From an uncultured bacterium (GTDB taxonomy: Bacteria > Acidobacteriota > Thermoanaerobaculia > Multivoradales > JAHZIX01): a DNA stretch of 64,000 nucleotides. The position numbers were made by a program, and so were the translations under genes. The first letter of the stretch is position 1, and each line of letters starts with the position of its first letter. Below, in pieces: positions 39,043 through 48,089 of the stretch. Below the pieces are notes generated by a model, which was given only the letters and a program-made list of their open reading frames with translations, ran no database searches and had not been told where the DNA came from. The stretch covers positions 288,001-352,000 of the forward strand of contig CBDUPA010000001.1 in NCBI GenBank assembly GCA_965368975.1, given 5' to 3'.

Positions 39043-40375
39043 GATCTTGCTGGGCCGCCGGAGGGGGAGTGCTGCGGGCGGTGCTCCAACTCACGGCGCT
39101 GCGCGCCGCTCAAACAGAAGCGCTCCGTCCTCACACTCCCTCTCCGGCTCCTCACTTCTTGGGGTGATCACTGGGATTCTGCTGTCGACTCTCGTGCTGG
39201 CTTGCGGCCCAGCTCAGGATGAGGGGTTGACGGGGGAGGACGTCTTGGGGCTGCCTTGGGAGCAGGTGGTGGAGGAGGCGCGGGGGGCTTCGCTGACGCT
39301 GGGGATGTGGACGGGGGATCCGTACATCAACGCCTACATCCAGGACTACGTCACACCGGCGCTGCGCGCGCGCTATGACATCGAGCTGGACGTGGTGAGT
39401 GCGCAGGGCAACGAGGTCGTCAACCTGCTGTTGACCGAGATCGAGGCGGGCAAGGCGACGAGTGAGCTCGACTTCGTGTGGATCAACGGCGAGACCTTCT
39501 ACCAGCTGCGCCAGATCGATGCGCTGCTCGGGCCGTTCACGGACAAACTGCCGTCGGCCCAGTACATCGACTACGACAACCCGTTCATCGGCACCGACTT
39601 CCAGCAGCCGATCGAGGGCTACGAGGCGCCGTGGGGCAATGTGCAGCTGGCCTTGATCTACGACGCTGAACGCGTCGAGACGCCGCCGCGCGACGCCGAG
39701 GAACTGGCCGCGTGGGTGCAGGCGAATCCAGGACGCTTCACCTTCGATACCTCCTTCACCGGCATGACCTTCCTGAAGTCGCTGCTGATCGACTTCGCCG
39801 GTGGCCCCGGGTCGATGGACGGGCCGTTCGACGAGGCCACCTACCAGCGGGCGAGTGCACAGTTGTTCGCCTACCTGAAGGAGCTGCAACCGTTCCTGTG
39901 GCGCGAAGGCTCGACCTTCCCGGCGCAGGTGGCGGAGCTGCACCAGCTGTTCGCCCATGGCGAAGTCGACTTCACGATGAGCAACAACGACGGCGAGGTG
40001 GACAACAAGGTGCTGCAGGGACTGCTGCCGCTGTCGTCGCAGGCGTACGTGCTCGACTCCGGGACGATCCAGAACAGTCACTACTTCGGCCTGGTGCGTC
40101 GTGGTGGCAGTACGGCGGCGGCGTTGGTGGCGATCGACTTCCTGCAGTCCCCGGAGGCCCAGTACGAGAAGCTGAAGCCGGCGGTGTGGGGGGACGGCAC
40201 GGTGCTGGACGTCGAGCGCTTGCCGCCAGAGTGGCAGGAGAAGTTCCGCAACGTACCGCAGCGCGAGCGCGCACCGCGGCGCGAAGAGATCCGCGAGAGG
40301 GCACTCGAGGAACCGGCGGCGGAGGTGATGATCCGACTCTACGACGACTTCCGCCGCGAGCTACTGGGGGCCTGA
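39032..40375 (+). CDS. YnjB-like ABC transporter substrate-binding lipoprotein (start uncertain)
   Basis: LVLAC lipobox; DFVWINGETF, EAPWG, FTGMTFLK, IDFLQSPEAQYEK. Confidence 0.85.
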   Translation: MRSEILLGRRRGSAAGGAPTHGAARRSNRSAPSSHSLSGSSLLGVITGILLSTLVLACGPAQDEGLTGEDVLGLPWEQVVEEARGASLTLGMWTGDPYINAYIQDYVTPALRARYDIELDVVSAQGNEVVNLLLTEIEAGKATSELDFVWINGETFYQLRQIDALLGPFTDKLPSAQYIDYDNPFIGTDFQQPIEGYEAPWGNVQLALIYDAERVETPPRDAEELAAWVQANPGRFTFDTSFTGMTFLKSLLIDFAGGPGSMDGPFDEATYQRASAQLFAYLKELQPFLWREGSTFPAQVAELHQLFAHGEVDFTMSNNDGEVDNKVLQGLLPLSSQAYVLDSGTIQNSHYFGLVRRGGSTAAALVAIDFLQSPEAQYEKLKPAVWGDGTVLDVERLPPEWQEKFRNVPQRERAPRREEIRERALEEPAAEVMIRLYDDFRRELLGA

Positions 40376-40380
40376 CTCCG

Positions 40381-41274
40381 TTGGCGTCGCGCACTCAATC
40401 TCGCAACGGGTCGCGCAATAGGGCTCGAGCGCTCGCCGTCCCGGATGTCGTGGGACTTGGGCTGCTCGGGGTCGTGGTGGCGGCGCCGGTGGTGTTCAGT
40501 CTGGTCTACGCAGCGCTGTACAGCCTGGGTTTGACGGGACTGCTGAGTCAGGGCTTTACCCTGGAGCATTGGCGGGCAGTGCTGGGCAGCGGCGAGATCT
40601 GGGCGGCGTTCGGCCTGTCGCTCTACGTGGCGGTGAGCACGATGGTGCTGACGTTCGGCCTGGCGCTGGCGTTGGCGCTCGGTTTGCGCGAGCCGCTGCG
40701 CCACGGGCCGTTGTCGACCTTGATCTACCTGCCGCTGGCGTTGCCCGGGGCGGTGGCGGCGTTCTTCACGCTGCAGATGCTGTCGGGTGGTGGCTTGCTG
40801 GCGCGGTTGCTGGCGGCGGTCGGGGTGGTGGAGGAACCCTCGGCGATGGTGTCCCTGGTGCACGATCGGTTGGCGGTCGGCATCGTGGTGGCGCACGTGA
40901 TCGCGGCGGTGCCGTTCTTCACGCTGCTCTTCGTGCAGCTCTACGATACCGAGCGGGTGGGGGAGTTGCGACGCCTGGCGGTGTCGCTGGGAGCCAGTCG
41001 CTGGCAAACGGTGCTACGCGTCGCGATGCCGGTATTGCTCTATCGAGCGTCGACCAACCTGGTGCTCTACTTCATTTGGGTCTTGGGGTCGTTCGAGATT
41101 CCGTTGCTCTTGGGTCGTCAAGCACCGCAGATGCTGTCGGTCGTCACCTACCGCAAGTTCTCGATGTTCGACCTGATGGAGAAGCCACAGGCCTACGTCG
41201 TGGCTCTGCTCTACACCCTGCTGGTGTTCGTGATCCTGGGAACAGTGTTCGGCCGCCAGGAAGCCCGTTCGTGA
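40381..41274 (+). CDS. ABC permease (YnjC N-half-like)
   Basis: TM helices; FTLEHW, LAVSLGASRWQTVLRVAMP, SFEIPLLLG. Confidence 0.85.
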   Translation: MASRTQSRNGSRNRARALAVPDVVGLGLLGVVVAAPVVFSLVYAALYSLGLTGLLSQGFTLEHWRAVLGSGEIWAAFGLSLYVAVSTMVLTFGLALALALGLREPLRHGPLSTLIYLPLALPGAVAAFFTLQMLSGGGLLARLLAAVGVVEEPSAMVSLVHDRLAVGIVVAHVIAAVPFFTLLFVQLYDTERVGELRRLAVSLGASRWQTVLRVAMPVLLYRASTNLVLYFIWVLGSFEIPLLLGRQAPQMLSVVTYRKFSMFDLMEKPQAYVVALLYTLLVFVILGTVFGRQEARS

Positions 41275-41422
41275 GGCAGAACCCCGCTGGCGGCGCCGCG
41301 ATGGTAGGAGCGGGTCATCGTGGCAGATGTTGCAGATATTGCCATGTTGGCTTGGGCGTGCCATGATTTGTTGGGCGTGGATTTTGCTCGCAAAGAAGGA
41401 TCACTTGAGAATGGAGGCCAGT

Positions 41423-41689
41423 ATGATCGGCGCAACATCCCACCAAGTTCGTCTGAGCGGCCAGGGCCGAATTGTCATTCCCTCGGAGCTGCGGCGTCAG
41501 CTCGACCTGGAAAAAGGAGAGACGCTCGTCGCCCGTGCCGAGAGCGGCAGGTTGATCCTGGAGAAGCGTGGCAGTATCCTGCAGCGTCTCAAGGCACGCT
41601 TCAGGGCTGTGCCGGCGGATATCCGTCTCTCCGAAGAACTCATCGCCGATCGACGGCAGGACGCCGCACGGGAGCGTGAGGATGGTTGA
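41423..41689 (+). CDS. vapB: AbrB/MazE-type antitoxin (VapB-like)
   Basis: LSGQGRIVIPSELRRQLDLEKG; SEELIADRR; GGAGG SD. Confidence 0.88.
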   Translation: MIGATSHQVRLSGQGRIVIPSELRRQLDLEKGETLVARAESGRLILEKRGSILQRLKARFRAVPADIRLSEELIADRRQDAAREREDG

Positions 41690-42089
41690 AGTCGCTGCGG
41701 ATCGTGAGCGCGTCTACGTCCTCGATGCATCCGCGCTTCTAGCCATGCTGCGGGAAGAACCCGGAGGCGAGATCGTCGAGGCCGTTATCGAGAACTCCTT
41801 GCTCTGCGCCGTCAATTGGTCCGAGGTCGTCCAGAAGGCGATCGCCTACGATCTCGATGCGGAGGCAATCCGGGCCGACCTCGAAGCGCTTGGGTTGCAG
41901 ATCGTTCCTTTTACCGCAGAAGACGCCGAGACCGCCGCCGAGCTTTGGCGGGTGACGCATACCCACGGCCTGTCGCTCGGTGATCGGGCTTGTCTCGCGC
42001 TCGCCGGGCGTCAGAAGCTGCCCGCGTTGACGGCCGACCGAGCGTGGGGCGGCCTGCCGATCGATCTGTCGATCGAGTGCTTGCGTTGA
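41682..42089 (+). CDS. vapC: VapC PIN-domain toxin
   Basis: VLDASALLA, VNWSEV, LSLGDRACLALA, LTADRAW; overlaps the antitoxin gene. Confidence 0.9.
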   Translation: MVEVAADRERVYVLDASALLAMLREEPGGEIVEAVIENSLLCAVNWSEVVQKAIAYDLDAEAIRADLEALGLQIVPFTAEDAETAAELWRVTHTHGLSLGDRACLALAGRQKLPALTADRAWGGLPIDLSIECLR

Positions 42090-42931
42090 CCTCGACCTCC
42101 GACGGTGGGGGTCACAGAGGACGGAGTAGCAAGAAGTTTCTTCCCATCCGTTCCGCCTCTTCGTGGCTTGTAGGTGCACTGTGCATCTTCCCCCTCCTCT
42201 TCCTGGCCGCCCTCTCCCTGTCCCATCGCTGGCAAGTCCCCCACATCCTGCCCACCGGCTTCGATCCCAGCCGCTGGCAAGAAGTCCTCACCGGCCAAGG
42301 CCAGCTGGGTGAAAGCTTGGCGCTCTCCCTGACCCTCTCCCTCAGCGTCGCGACCCTGAGCACCGTCGCCGGCTACCTGACCTCGCGCGCCATCGCCTAC
42401 TCCCCGCACCGGCGTCAGCTCTTGTTGCTGGCCTACATCCCCTTCGCCTTCTCCCCGGTCATCCTCGGCACCTGCCTGCTCTTCCTGTTCATCAAGCTCA
42501 ACCTCGCCGGCACCGTCCCCGGCGTCATCCTGGCGCAGACCCTCTTCTCCTACGGCTTCGCCATCGTCTTCTTCATGAGCTTCTGGACGCCGCAGAAGAA
42601 GGCCTACGAAGACCTCGTGCATACCCTCGGCGGCAGCACCTGGGACGCCTACCGCCACGCGCTGTTACCCTTGTCCACCGGTATGCTCCTCGTCTGCTTC
42701 TTCCAATGCTTCCTGATCTCCTGGTTCCACTACGGCATCACCCTGCTCGTCGGTTCCGGCAAGATCAAGACCCTGCCGCTCAAAGTCTTCGACAGCATCC
42801 GCGAAGCCAACCCGTACTACGCCGCCCTCGCCGCCTGCCTGCTCGTCCTGCCGCCCTTCCTCCTGCTGCTGGTCAACAAACACTTCCTGCCCGAACCTCT
42901 GCGTGACCCTGGGGAAGGGGCCCGAGTATGA
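42086..42931 (+). CDS. ABC permease (YnjC C-half-like)
   Basis: TM helices; YEDLVHTLGGS, TLLVGSGKIKTLPL; TTG start overlaps the vapC stop (start uncertain). Confidence 0.82.
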   Translation: MTSTSDGGGHRGRSSKKFLPIRSASSWLVGALCIFPLLFLAALSLSHRWQVPHILPTGFDPSRWQEVLTGQGQLGESLALSLTLSLSVATLSTVAGYLTSRAIAYSPHRRQLLLLAYIPFAFSPVILGTCLLFLFIKLNLAGTVPGVILAQTLFSYGFAIVFFMSFWTPQKKAYEDLVHTLGGSTWDAYRHALLPLSTGMLLVCFFQCFLISWFHYGITLLVGSGKIKTLPLKVFDSIREANPYYAALAACLLVLPPFLLLLVNKHFLPEPLRDPGEGARV

Positions 42932-43701
42932 GCGAGCGCGTCCTGCTGTGCGTCGACGGCCTGCGCAAGGCCTTCGCCGGCCAAGGTAGCAACGCGAGTG
43001 AAGCTGTGTTGCACGACGTCACCTTCGACCTGCACCAGCACGAGACCCTCGCCGTCGTCGGTCGCTCGGGCAGCGGCAAGACCACCCTGCTCAGAATCCT
43101 CGCCGGCCTCGAAGCTCCCGACGCCGGCAGGTGTGTCCTGGGAGGGCGCGACCTGGCAGGGGTAGCACCTCAGCAGCGTGGCGTGCTCTATCTCTACCAA
43201 GAGCCCCTGCTCTTCCCCCACCTCGACGTGCGCGCCAACCTCGCCTTCGGCCTGCGCTTGCGCAAGGTGCCCGCTGCCGAGGCACGCCAGAGAGTCGACG
43301 CCATGCTGCGCGAGCTCGACCTCAGCGAGCATGCGGCCAAAGCCCCGCACCAGCTCTCCGGCGGTCAGCGCCAGCGCGTCTCCTTCGGTCGCGCGCTGCT
43401 CGTCGAGCCGCGCCTGCTGCTGCTCGACGAGCCCTTCGGTGCCCTCGACGCCGACACCCGCACCCGCATGCAAGACCTCTTCCGCCGCATCGCCGAGCGG
43501 TACCGCATCTCGGCCCTCTTCGTCACCCACGACCTCAAAGAAGCGATCCTCATGGGCGACCGCGTCGCGCACCTGCAAGCCGGCCGCCTGCGCCTCTTCG
43601 AACACCTCGAAGAGATGGTCGCCGACCCCGACCTCGGTGTGCGCCAAGAACTCGACTTCTGGACATCCCTACCTCGACCGACGCAAGGAGACGCACCATG
43701 A
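42928..43701 (+). CDS. ABC transporter ATP-binding protein
   Basis: GRSGSGKTT, LSGGQRQR, LLLDEPF, VTHD. Confidence 0.93.
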   Translation: MSERVLLCVDGLRKAFAGQGSNASEAVLHDVTFDLHQHETLAVVGRSGSGKTTLLRILAGLEAPDAGRCVLGGRDLAGVAPQQRGVLYLYQEPLLFPHLDVRANLAFGLRLRKVPAAEARQRVDAMLRELDLSEHAAKAPHQLSGGQRQRVSFGRALLVEPRLLLLDEPFGALDADTRTRMQDLFRRIAERYRISALFVTHDLKEAILMGDRVAHLQAGRLRLFEHLEEMVADPDLGVRQELDFWTSLPRPTQGDAP

Positions 43702-45110
43702 CCGCTGCCCTCGAGTCCTCGTCCGCAACTCGGCTGACCGCTGTCGTCGTCGCCAACGGTCTCGAGGGGCTGCGGGAGTGCTTTCCCTGTTACGGGATTC
43801 CGGCTGCGGCGGGCGGGCAGACTCTGCAGGTGGACTACCGCTTCCAAGAAGTCGAGGCCGGCTTCCGTCTCGACCTCACCGGTGCTGATCTGCTGATCGT
43901 GCCCAACGGTAGCGACCACGTCGCGATGCTCGGTGTACGCGACCAAGTGCGCGCTTTCCTCGACGCTGGCGGTGCCGTCTTCTGCTTCGACGGCTGGTTC
44001 ACCGACTGGGTCCCCGGCCACCGCTGGCGTCACGACAACAGCAAGGCCACCCGCGACATCCGCTACCGCGTTGCCACCGACCGTCACGGCCTGTTCGATG
44101 GCATCGACCTCGACCCCTTCATCTTCCACCACGGCATCAGCGGCTGGTGGGCCTGTGGCGCCATCGAGCCGGCCGGAGGCGCCGACGTGCTGCTCGAAGA
44201 CACCTGGGGCCGCGCCATGGTCGTGCTCGACGAGACCACCACCCCCGGCTTGCTCGCGCTCACCGCCAGCGGTCCCCTGGCCGGCGCCCTGACCGACGAC
44301 GTGGGCGGTCCGGCTTTGGTGCCGCTGTATCACCGACTGTTGCACCGGGTCGCCGCGCACCGCGCCCGGCTCGATCACTGTCCGGGGGACCAGGTGCCCT
44401 CGCGGCCGGCGCGCGATGGTGCTTCCGACACCGACCCGTCCGCCAGGATCAACCACGACGCTCGTATCGGCGTGCTGTTCAACGGCGTCTGGTCGCAATA
44501 CGCCTTCGCCACCGCGCCCAAGTATCGCGGCCTCTACGACCTCGTCTACGTCCACGACCTGAGCTACGAACGCATTCGCCACCTCGACGCCCTCGTGGTC
44601 CCCTTCCAGAGCCACCAGCCGGCCATCACCGCGCGTCGAGAGGCGATCTACCGCTTCCTCGCCGACGGCAAGAAAGTCGCCGTCTTTGGTGATTCCGATA
44701 GCGACTGGATCGACGCCACCTGGGAGAGCCGCCCCGTCGACAACTACTGGTGGGTCACAGACCCGACGTCGCCGCCGATCAGCGATACCGACTACAGCCA
44801 CCCCGTCTATACCGGCCTGATCCCGCGCCATGCCTGCTGGCACGTGCACGGCGTCTACACGCAGGTGCCCGCCGAAGCCCGCGTCATCCAGCGCAACGAA
44901 GAAGGCGAATCGATCACCTGGCAGACCGAGGCCCACGGTGGCGTCCTCTTTGCCTCCACCCTCGACCCGATCGTCGAGCACGGCATCCAGCAGATCCGCC
45001 ACCTCGACAACTACTGCGACCGTCTCACCGCCTGGCTGTGCGGCACGACGCCTGGCGGTGCCTTCGCGCTCGACCCGGCCGTCTATGGCGTCGATCGCTT
45101 GGCCCTCTGA
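43698..45110 (+). CDS. Hypothetical protein with two tandem class I glutamine amidotransferase-like domains
   Basis: Parallel halves: DLLIVPNGSDH..VRAFLDAGGAV..HGLFDGI and DALVVPFQSHQ..IYRFLADGKKV..HPVYTGL..WHVHG..STLDP; ATG overlaps the ATPase stop. Confidence 0.65.
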   Translation: MTAALESSSATRLTAVVVANGLEGLRECFPCYGIPAAAGGQTLQVDYRFQEVEAGFRLDLTGADLLIVPNGSDHVAMLGVRDQVRAFLDAGGAVFCFDGWFTDWVPGHRWRHDNSKATRDIRYRVATDRHGLFDGIDLDPFIFHHGISGWWACGAIEPAGGADVLLEDTWGRAMVVLDETTTPGLLALTASGPLAGALTDDVGGPALVPLYHRLLHRVAAHRARLDHCPGDQVPSRPARDGASDTDPSARINHDARIGVLFNGVWSQYAFATAPKYRGLYDLVYVHDLSYERIRHLDALVVPFQSHQPAITARREAIYRFLADGKKVAVFGDSDSDWIDATWESRPVDNYWWVTDPTSPPISDTDYSHPVYTGLIPRHACWHVHGVYTQVPAEARVIQRNEEGESITWQTEAHGGVLFASTLDPIVEHGIQQIRHLDNYCDRLTAWLCGTTPGGAFALDPAVYGVDRLAL

Positions 45111-45164
45111 TCTGGCCCTCTGCTCTGGCCCTCTGACTAGGCCCTCTGACTAGGCCCTCTGACC
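45100..45164. repeat. 13-bp tandem repeat x5 starting on the stop codon
   Basis: (t/a)ggccctctg+3 nt at 45100, 45113, 45126, 45139 and 45152. Confidence 0.9.
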
Positions 45165-45184
45165 TGGTACGCTGAGACCCAACC

Positions 45185-46234
45185 ATGAACGATCCCTTGG
45201 CAGTCCACCTAGCAGTCCAAACCGGCCCCTCCAAACTCGAACAGGCTGACTACGACCACTGCGAGTCGGTCTACTGGGTGTTCACCCAACTGTGCAACGA
45301 CGAGTGCGATCACTGCTACAACCTCAGCGGCCCGCGCGGCGCGACCCTCACGCTGGAGGAATGCCTGGCCATCGTCGCCAACCTGCCGTCGCGCATCGAC
45401 CGCCTGATCCTCTCCGGCGGCGAGCCACTGGCCGAGCGCAAGAAGCTCTACGCCATCCTCGACGCTGTGCGCGAGCGCTACGGCGACGCCACCCAGGTCA
45501 TGTTGCAGACCAACGGCGACCTGCTCAACGAGCAGCGCCTAGACGAGATCCTAGAGCGCGGCGTCACGCGCATCGACATCGCCTCCATCGACCGCTACCA
45601 CAAGAAGCAAGGCGAGCGAAGAGCGGACCTCGAAGCCCTCTTTCGCTCGCGCGGCATGGTCGACGACAACCCCGATCCGCTGATCACCAAGGACGACTAC
45701 CTCAAGCCCGACGCCGCCAGCTTCGGCTTCTGGGGCGCCACCGAAGACATGTGGCTGGGTGGCAACTGGGCGCGTGGCCGCGCGATGGAGACGGGGATCT
45801 GGAAGCGCGACGGCAGTCACAACTTCTGCGCCATCCTCAGCGGCGGCCGCGGCTTCCTCGGCGGCACCGACCTGCCGCAGGAGATCTCGATCCAGCTCTG
45901 GCGCATCAACCCGTGCTGCCCCGGCACCAAAGAGCCGATGGGCGATGCGCGCGTCGAGAAAGTGAGTGACGTGCTGCGCCGGGTGGCCCAGTCGCCGGTG
46001 TTCCAGAAGCTCAACACAGGCGATGCGTACGCACTCGGAGAAGCGCTCGAGAAGAGCGATGGCGTCGATCGTGCCTACGGCCTGCGCCGCGCGCTCGAAC
46101 TTGGCAACGTCTGCCTGTGGTGCGACGAGTTCTTCGACCGTCACTTCGACATGGCGACGCTCGCCGAGAAACCCGCCGCACCGATCCCGGAGGGGCAAGT
46201 GGTGGCGAAGCCGGTGCTACCCGTCCTCCGCTGA
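45185..46234 (+). CDS. Radical SAM enzyme with Cys-rich C-terminal (SPASM/twitch-like) region
   Basis: CNDECDHC, SGGEP, QTNG; C-terminal NFC..NPCC..CLWC. Confidence 0.9.
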   Translation: MNDPLAVHLAVQTGPSKLEQADYDHCESVYWVFTQLCNDECDHCYNLSGPRGATLTLEECLAIVANLPSRIDRLILSGGEPLAERKKLYAILDAVRERYGDATQVMLQTNGDLLNEQRLDEILERGVTRIDIASIDRYHKKQGERRADLEALFRSRGMVDDNPDPLITKDDYLKPDAASFGFWGATEDMWLGGNWARGRAMETGIWKRDGSHNFCAILSGGRGFLGGTDLPQEISIQLWRINPCCPGTKEPMGDARVEKVSDVLRRVAQSPVFQKLNTGDAYALGEALEKSDGVDRAYGLRRALELGNVCLWCDEFFDRHFDMATLAEKPAAPIPEGQVVAKPVLPVLR

Positions 46235-47737
46235 AGCGTCCTCCGCTGAAGCGTCACCGGCTTCCTTGGCCGGACCCACGCGCTCCAGGATCCACGCCGT
46301 CACCGTGTCCAGGACTTGCGGCGCGATCGTCGTCTCGATCTCGGCGTACTCCTGGGCGCTTCCGGTCTTGGCCGGTTGCATCAAGTGATTGATTCCGGCG
46401 ACGGTCAGGATCGTCGCGTCGTCGTTGCCGGCGGCTTCGAGCGCGGCCTGAATCGCGGTCAAGTTCTGTTCGGCGTCGACCTGTGAGTCGAGATTGCCGT
46501 TGACGGCGAGCACAGGCGACTTGACCTGGCGTAGGGCAGGGGCCGGATCGTAGGCGATGAAGTGGCGGTACCAGGGAGTGAGCAGGGGCTGGATCTGGGC
46601 CGCCGCGGCCTCGGCGCCGATGAAGGGCGTCAGCTTGTCGATCAGCTTCTGCCGCAGCACGGCTTCGTCGGCCTCGCTCTCCATCAGGTCGAAGATCTGC
46701 CGCTGCAGCGCGGCGTTCTGCGACGCGACCTGCGGCGGCAAGCCGGCGGCCAGGTTGAGGCGCTCGACCTGGCGCACGATCAGGTCGTCGCCGGGCACGC
46801 CAGGAGCACCGAAGAAGACGTAGAAGGCGACCGAGACGCCGTACTTCTCGTGGAAGCGCTGAGCGGCGAGAGGGGCGATCAGGCCGCCTTCGCTGTGGCC
46901 CAGGATGCCGATCCGGGAAGTGTCGATCTCGAGCCGGCTCATGAGCGCATGCAAGCTGAGCGCGGCGTCGTCGGCGAAGTCGAGAATGGTGGCGTTGTCG
47001 AGCGGTCCCTCGGACTCACCGACGCCCCTGTCGTCGACGCGCAGGACGGCGATGCCGGCGCGAGCGAAGTGGTCGGCGAGCACCAGGAACGGCTTGTGTC
47101 CGAACAGAGTCTCGTCGCGATCTTGCTGGCCGCTGCCCGAAAGTAGCAGGATAGCGGGGTAGGGACCTTTGCCGTGGGTCTCCTCGTCGGGCAGCGTCAG
47201 CGTGGCGGCGAGGGTGACGGGGCCGTTGCTGGTGTCGTGGCCGTAGACGAGATCCTGGCTGCGATACGGGAAGGGTGGCTCGGGCGTCTGTGGACGCACG
47301 GGTGCGGCCGGTGCGGGCGCTGCGGGATCGGGACGCTGGAAGGTCAAGGGCAAGCTGGCGCCGCCCTGGTGAAAGGTGCCGACGATCTCGCCTTCCTGCA
47401 GGCTGCCTTCGAAGCGTGGCTCGCCCATGCCGGGCAGGGTGAAGCGCAGTTGGTCGCCCTCGACCTGGACGCTCGGCAGCGCCACGCCCTGGGCGCCTTG
47501 CTGCGGTACGTCGACGGTGCCGCTCCAGCTGCCGTCCTGCGCATCGAGGTGGATGTGGAAAACCAGGCTGCCGCCGGGAATCTCCAGCGTGCCCTTCCAG
47601 GAACCGTTCGCCCAGGTATCGTTGGTCTCCTGGCTTGCGGTGGGTGGTTCGTCTGTCGCAGGCCAGGGTGCGGCGATCAGCGGCACGCTCAGCAGAGCGA
47701 GGAGCAGGGGAGCGAGCAAGGCGATACGGGTTTTCAT
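46217..47737 (-). CDS. Secreted alpha/beta hydrolase
   Basis: Signal peptide; SGSGQQDRDE, DDRGVG, GHSEGG, D..QV, NHLMQ. Confidence 0.88.
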   Translation of the reverse strand: MKTRIALLAPLLLALLSVPLIAAPWPATDEPPTASQETNDTWANGSWKGTLEIPGGSLVFHIHLDAQDGSWSGTVDVPQQGAQGVALPSVQVEGDQLRFTLPGMGEPRFEGSLQEGEIVGTFHQGGASLPLTFQRPDPAAPAPAAPVRPQTPEPPFPYRSQDLVYGHDTSNGPVTLAATLTLPDEETHGKGPYPAILLLSGSGQQDRDETLFGHKPFLVLADHFARAGIAVLRVDDRGVGESEGPLDNATILDFADDAALSLHALMSRLEIDTSRIGILGHSEGGLIAPLAAQRFHEKYGVSVAFYVFFGAPGVPGDDLIVRQVERLNLAAGLPPQVASQNAALQRQIFDLMESEADEAVLRQKLIDKLTPFIGAEAAAAQIQPLLTPWYRHFIAYDPAPALRQVKSPVLAVNGNLDSQVDAEQNLTAIQAALEAAGNDDATILTVAGINHLMQPAKTGSAQEYAEIETTIAPQVLDTVTAWILERVGPAKEAGDASAEDASAEDG

Positions 47738-47768
47738 AGGTTTTCCATTCTACGGTGGGTGGCGCGTC

Positions 47769-48089
47769 TCAGGCGTCTTCGACCACGACCGCGGTGCCGT
47801 AGACCATCAGCTCGGCGGCGCCCTGGGCCACCATGGAGGTGGAGAAGCGGACTTCGAGGATGGCGTTGGCGCGCAGGCCGCGAGCTTCATCGACCATGCG
47901 GTCGAGAGCCTGTTCACGCGATTCGGCGAACAGCTTGGTGTACTCGCTGACTTCGCCACCGACCAGGTTGCGCAGTCCAGCCAGGATGTCGCGGCCGACG
48001 TGGCGGGCCCGGATGGTGTTGCCGCGCACCAGGCCGAGGGTGCGGGTGATGCGTTTGCCTTCGATGTGATTCGTGGTGACGATGATCAT
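47769..48089 (-). CDS. YbjQ/UPF0145 family protein
   Basis: MIIVTTNHIEG, LRNLVGGEVSEYT, ANAILEVRF, YGTAV. Confidence 0.92.
   Translation of the reverse strand: MIIVTTNHIEGKRITRTLGLVRGNTIRARHVGRDILAGLRNLVGGEVSEYTKLFAESREQALDRMVDEARGLRANAILEVRFSTSMVAQGAAELMVYGTAVVVEDA

Noticed and set aside
45108-45184. Selenocysteine read-through fusing the GATase-like protein to the rSAM
   Set aside because: The TGA lies in a simple 13-bp repeat, no SECIS-like hairpin is apparent, and the rSAM is in a different frame
45185-46234. ArsS arsenosugar rSAM or RiPP maturase
   Set aside because: Does not match the ArsS N-terminal pattern as I recall it (QxNxGxxCNxxCxHCHV); no ArsM-type methyltransferase or precursor peptide nearby
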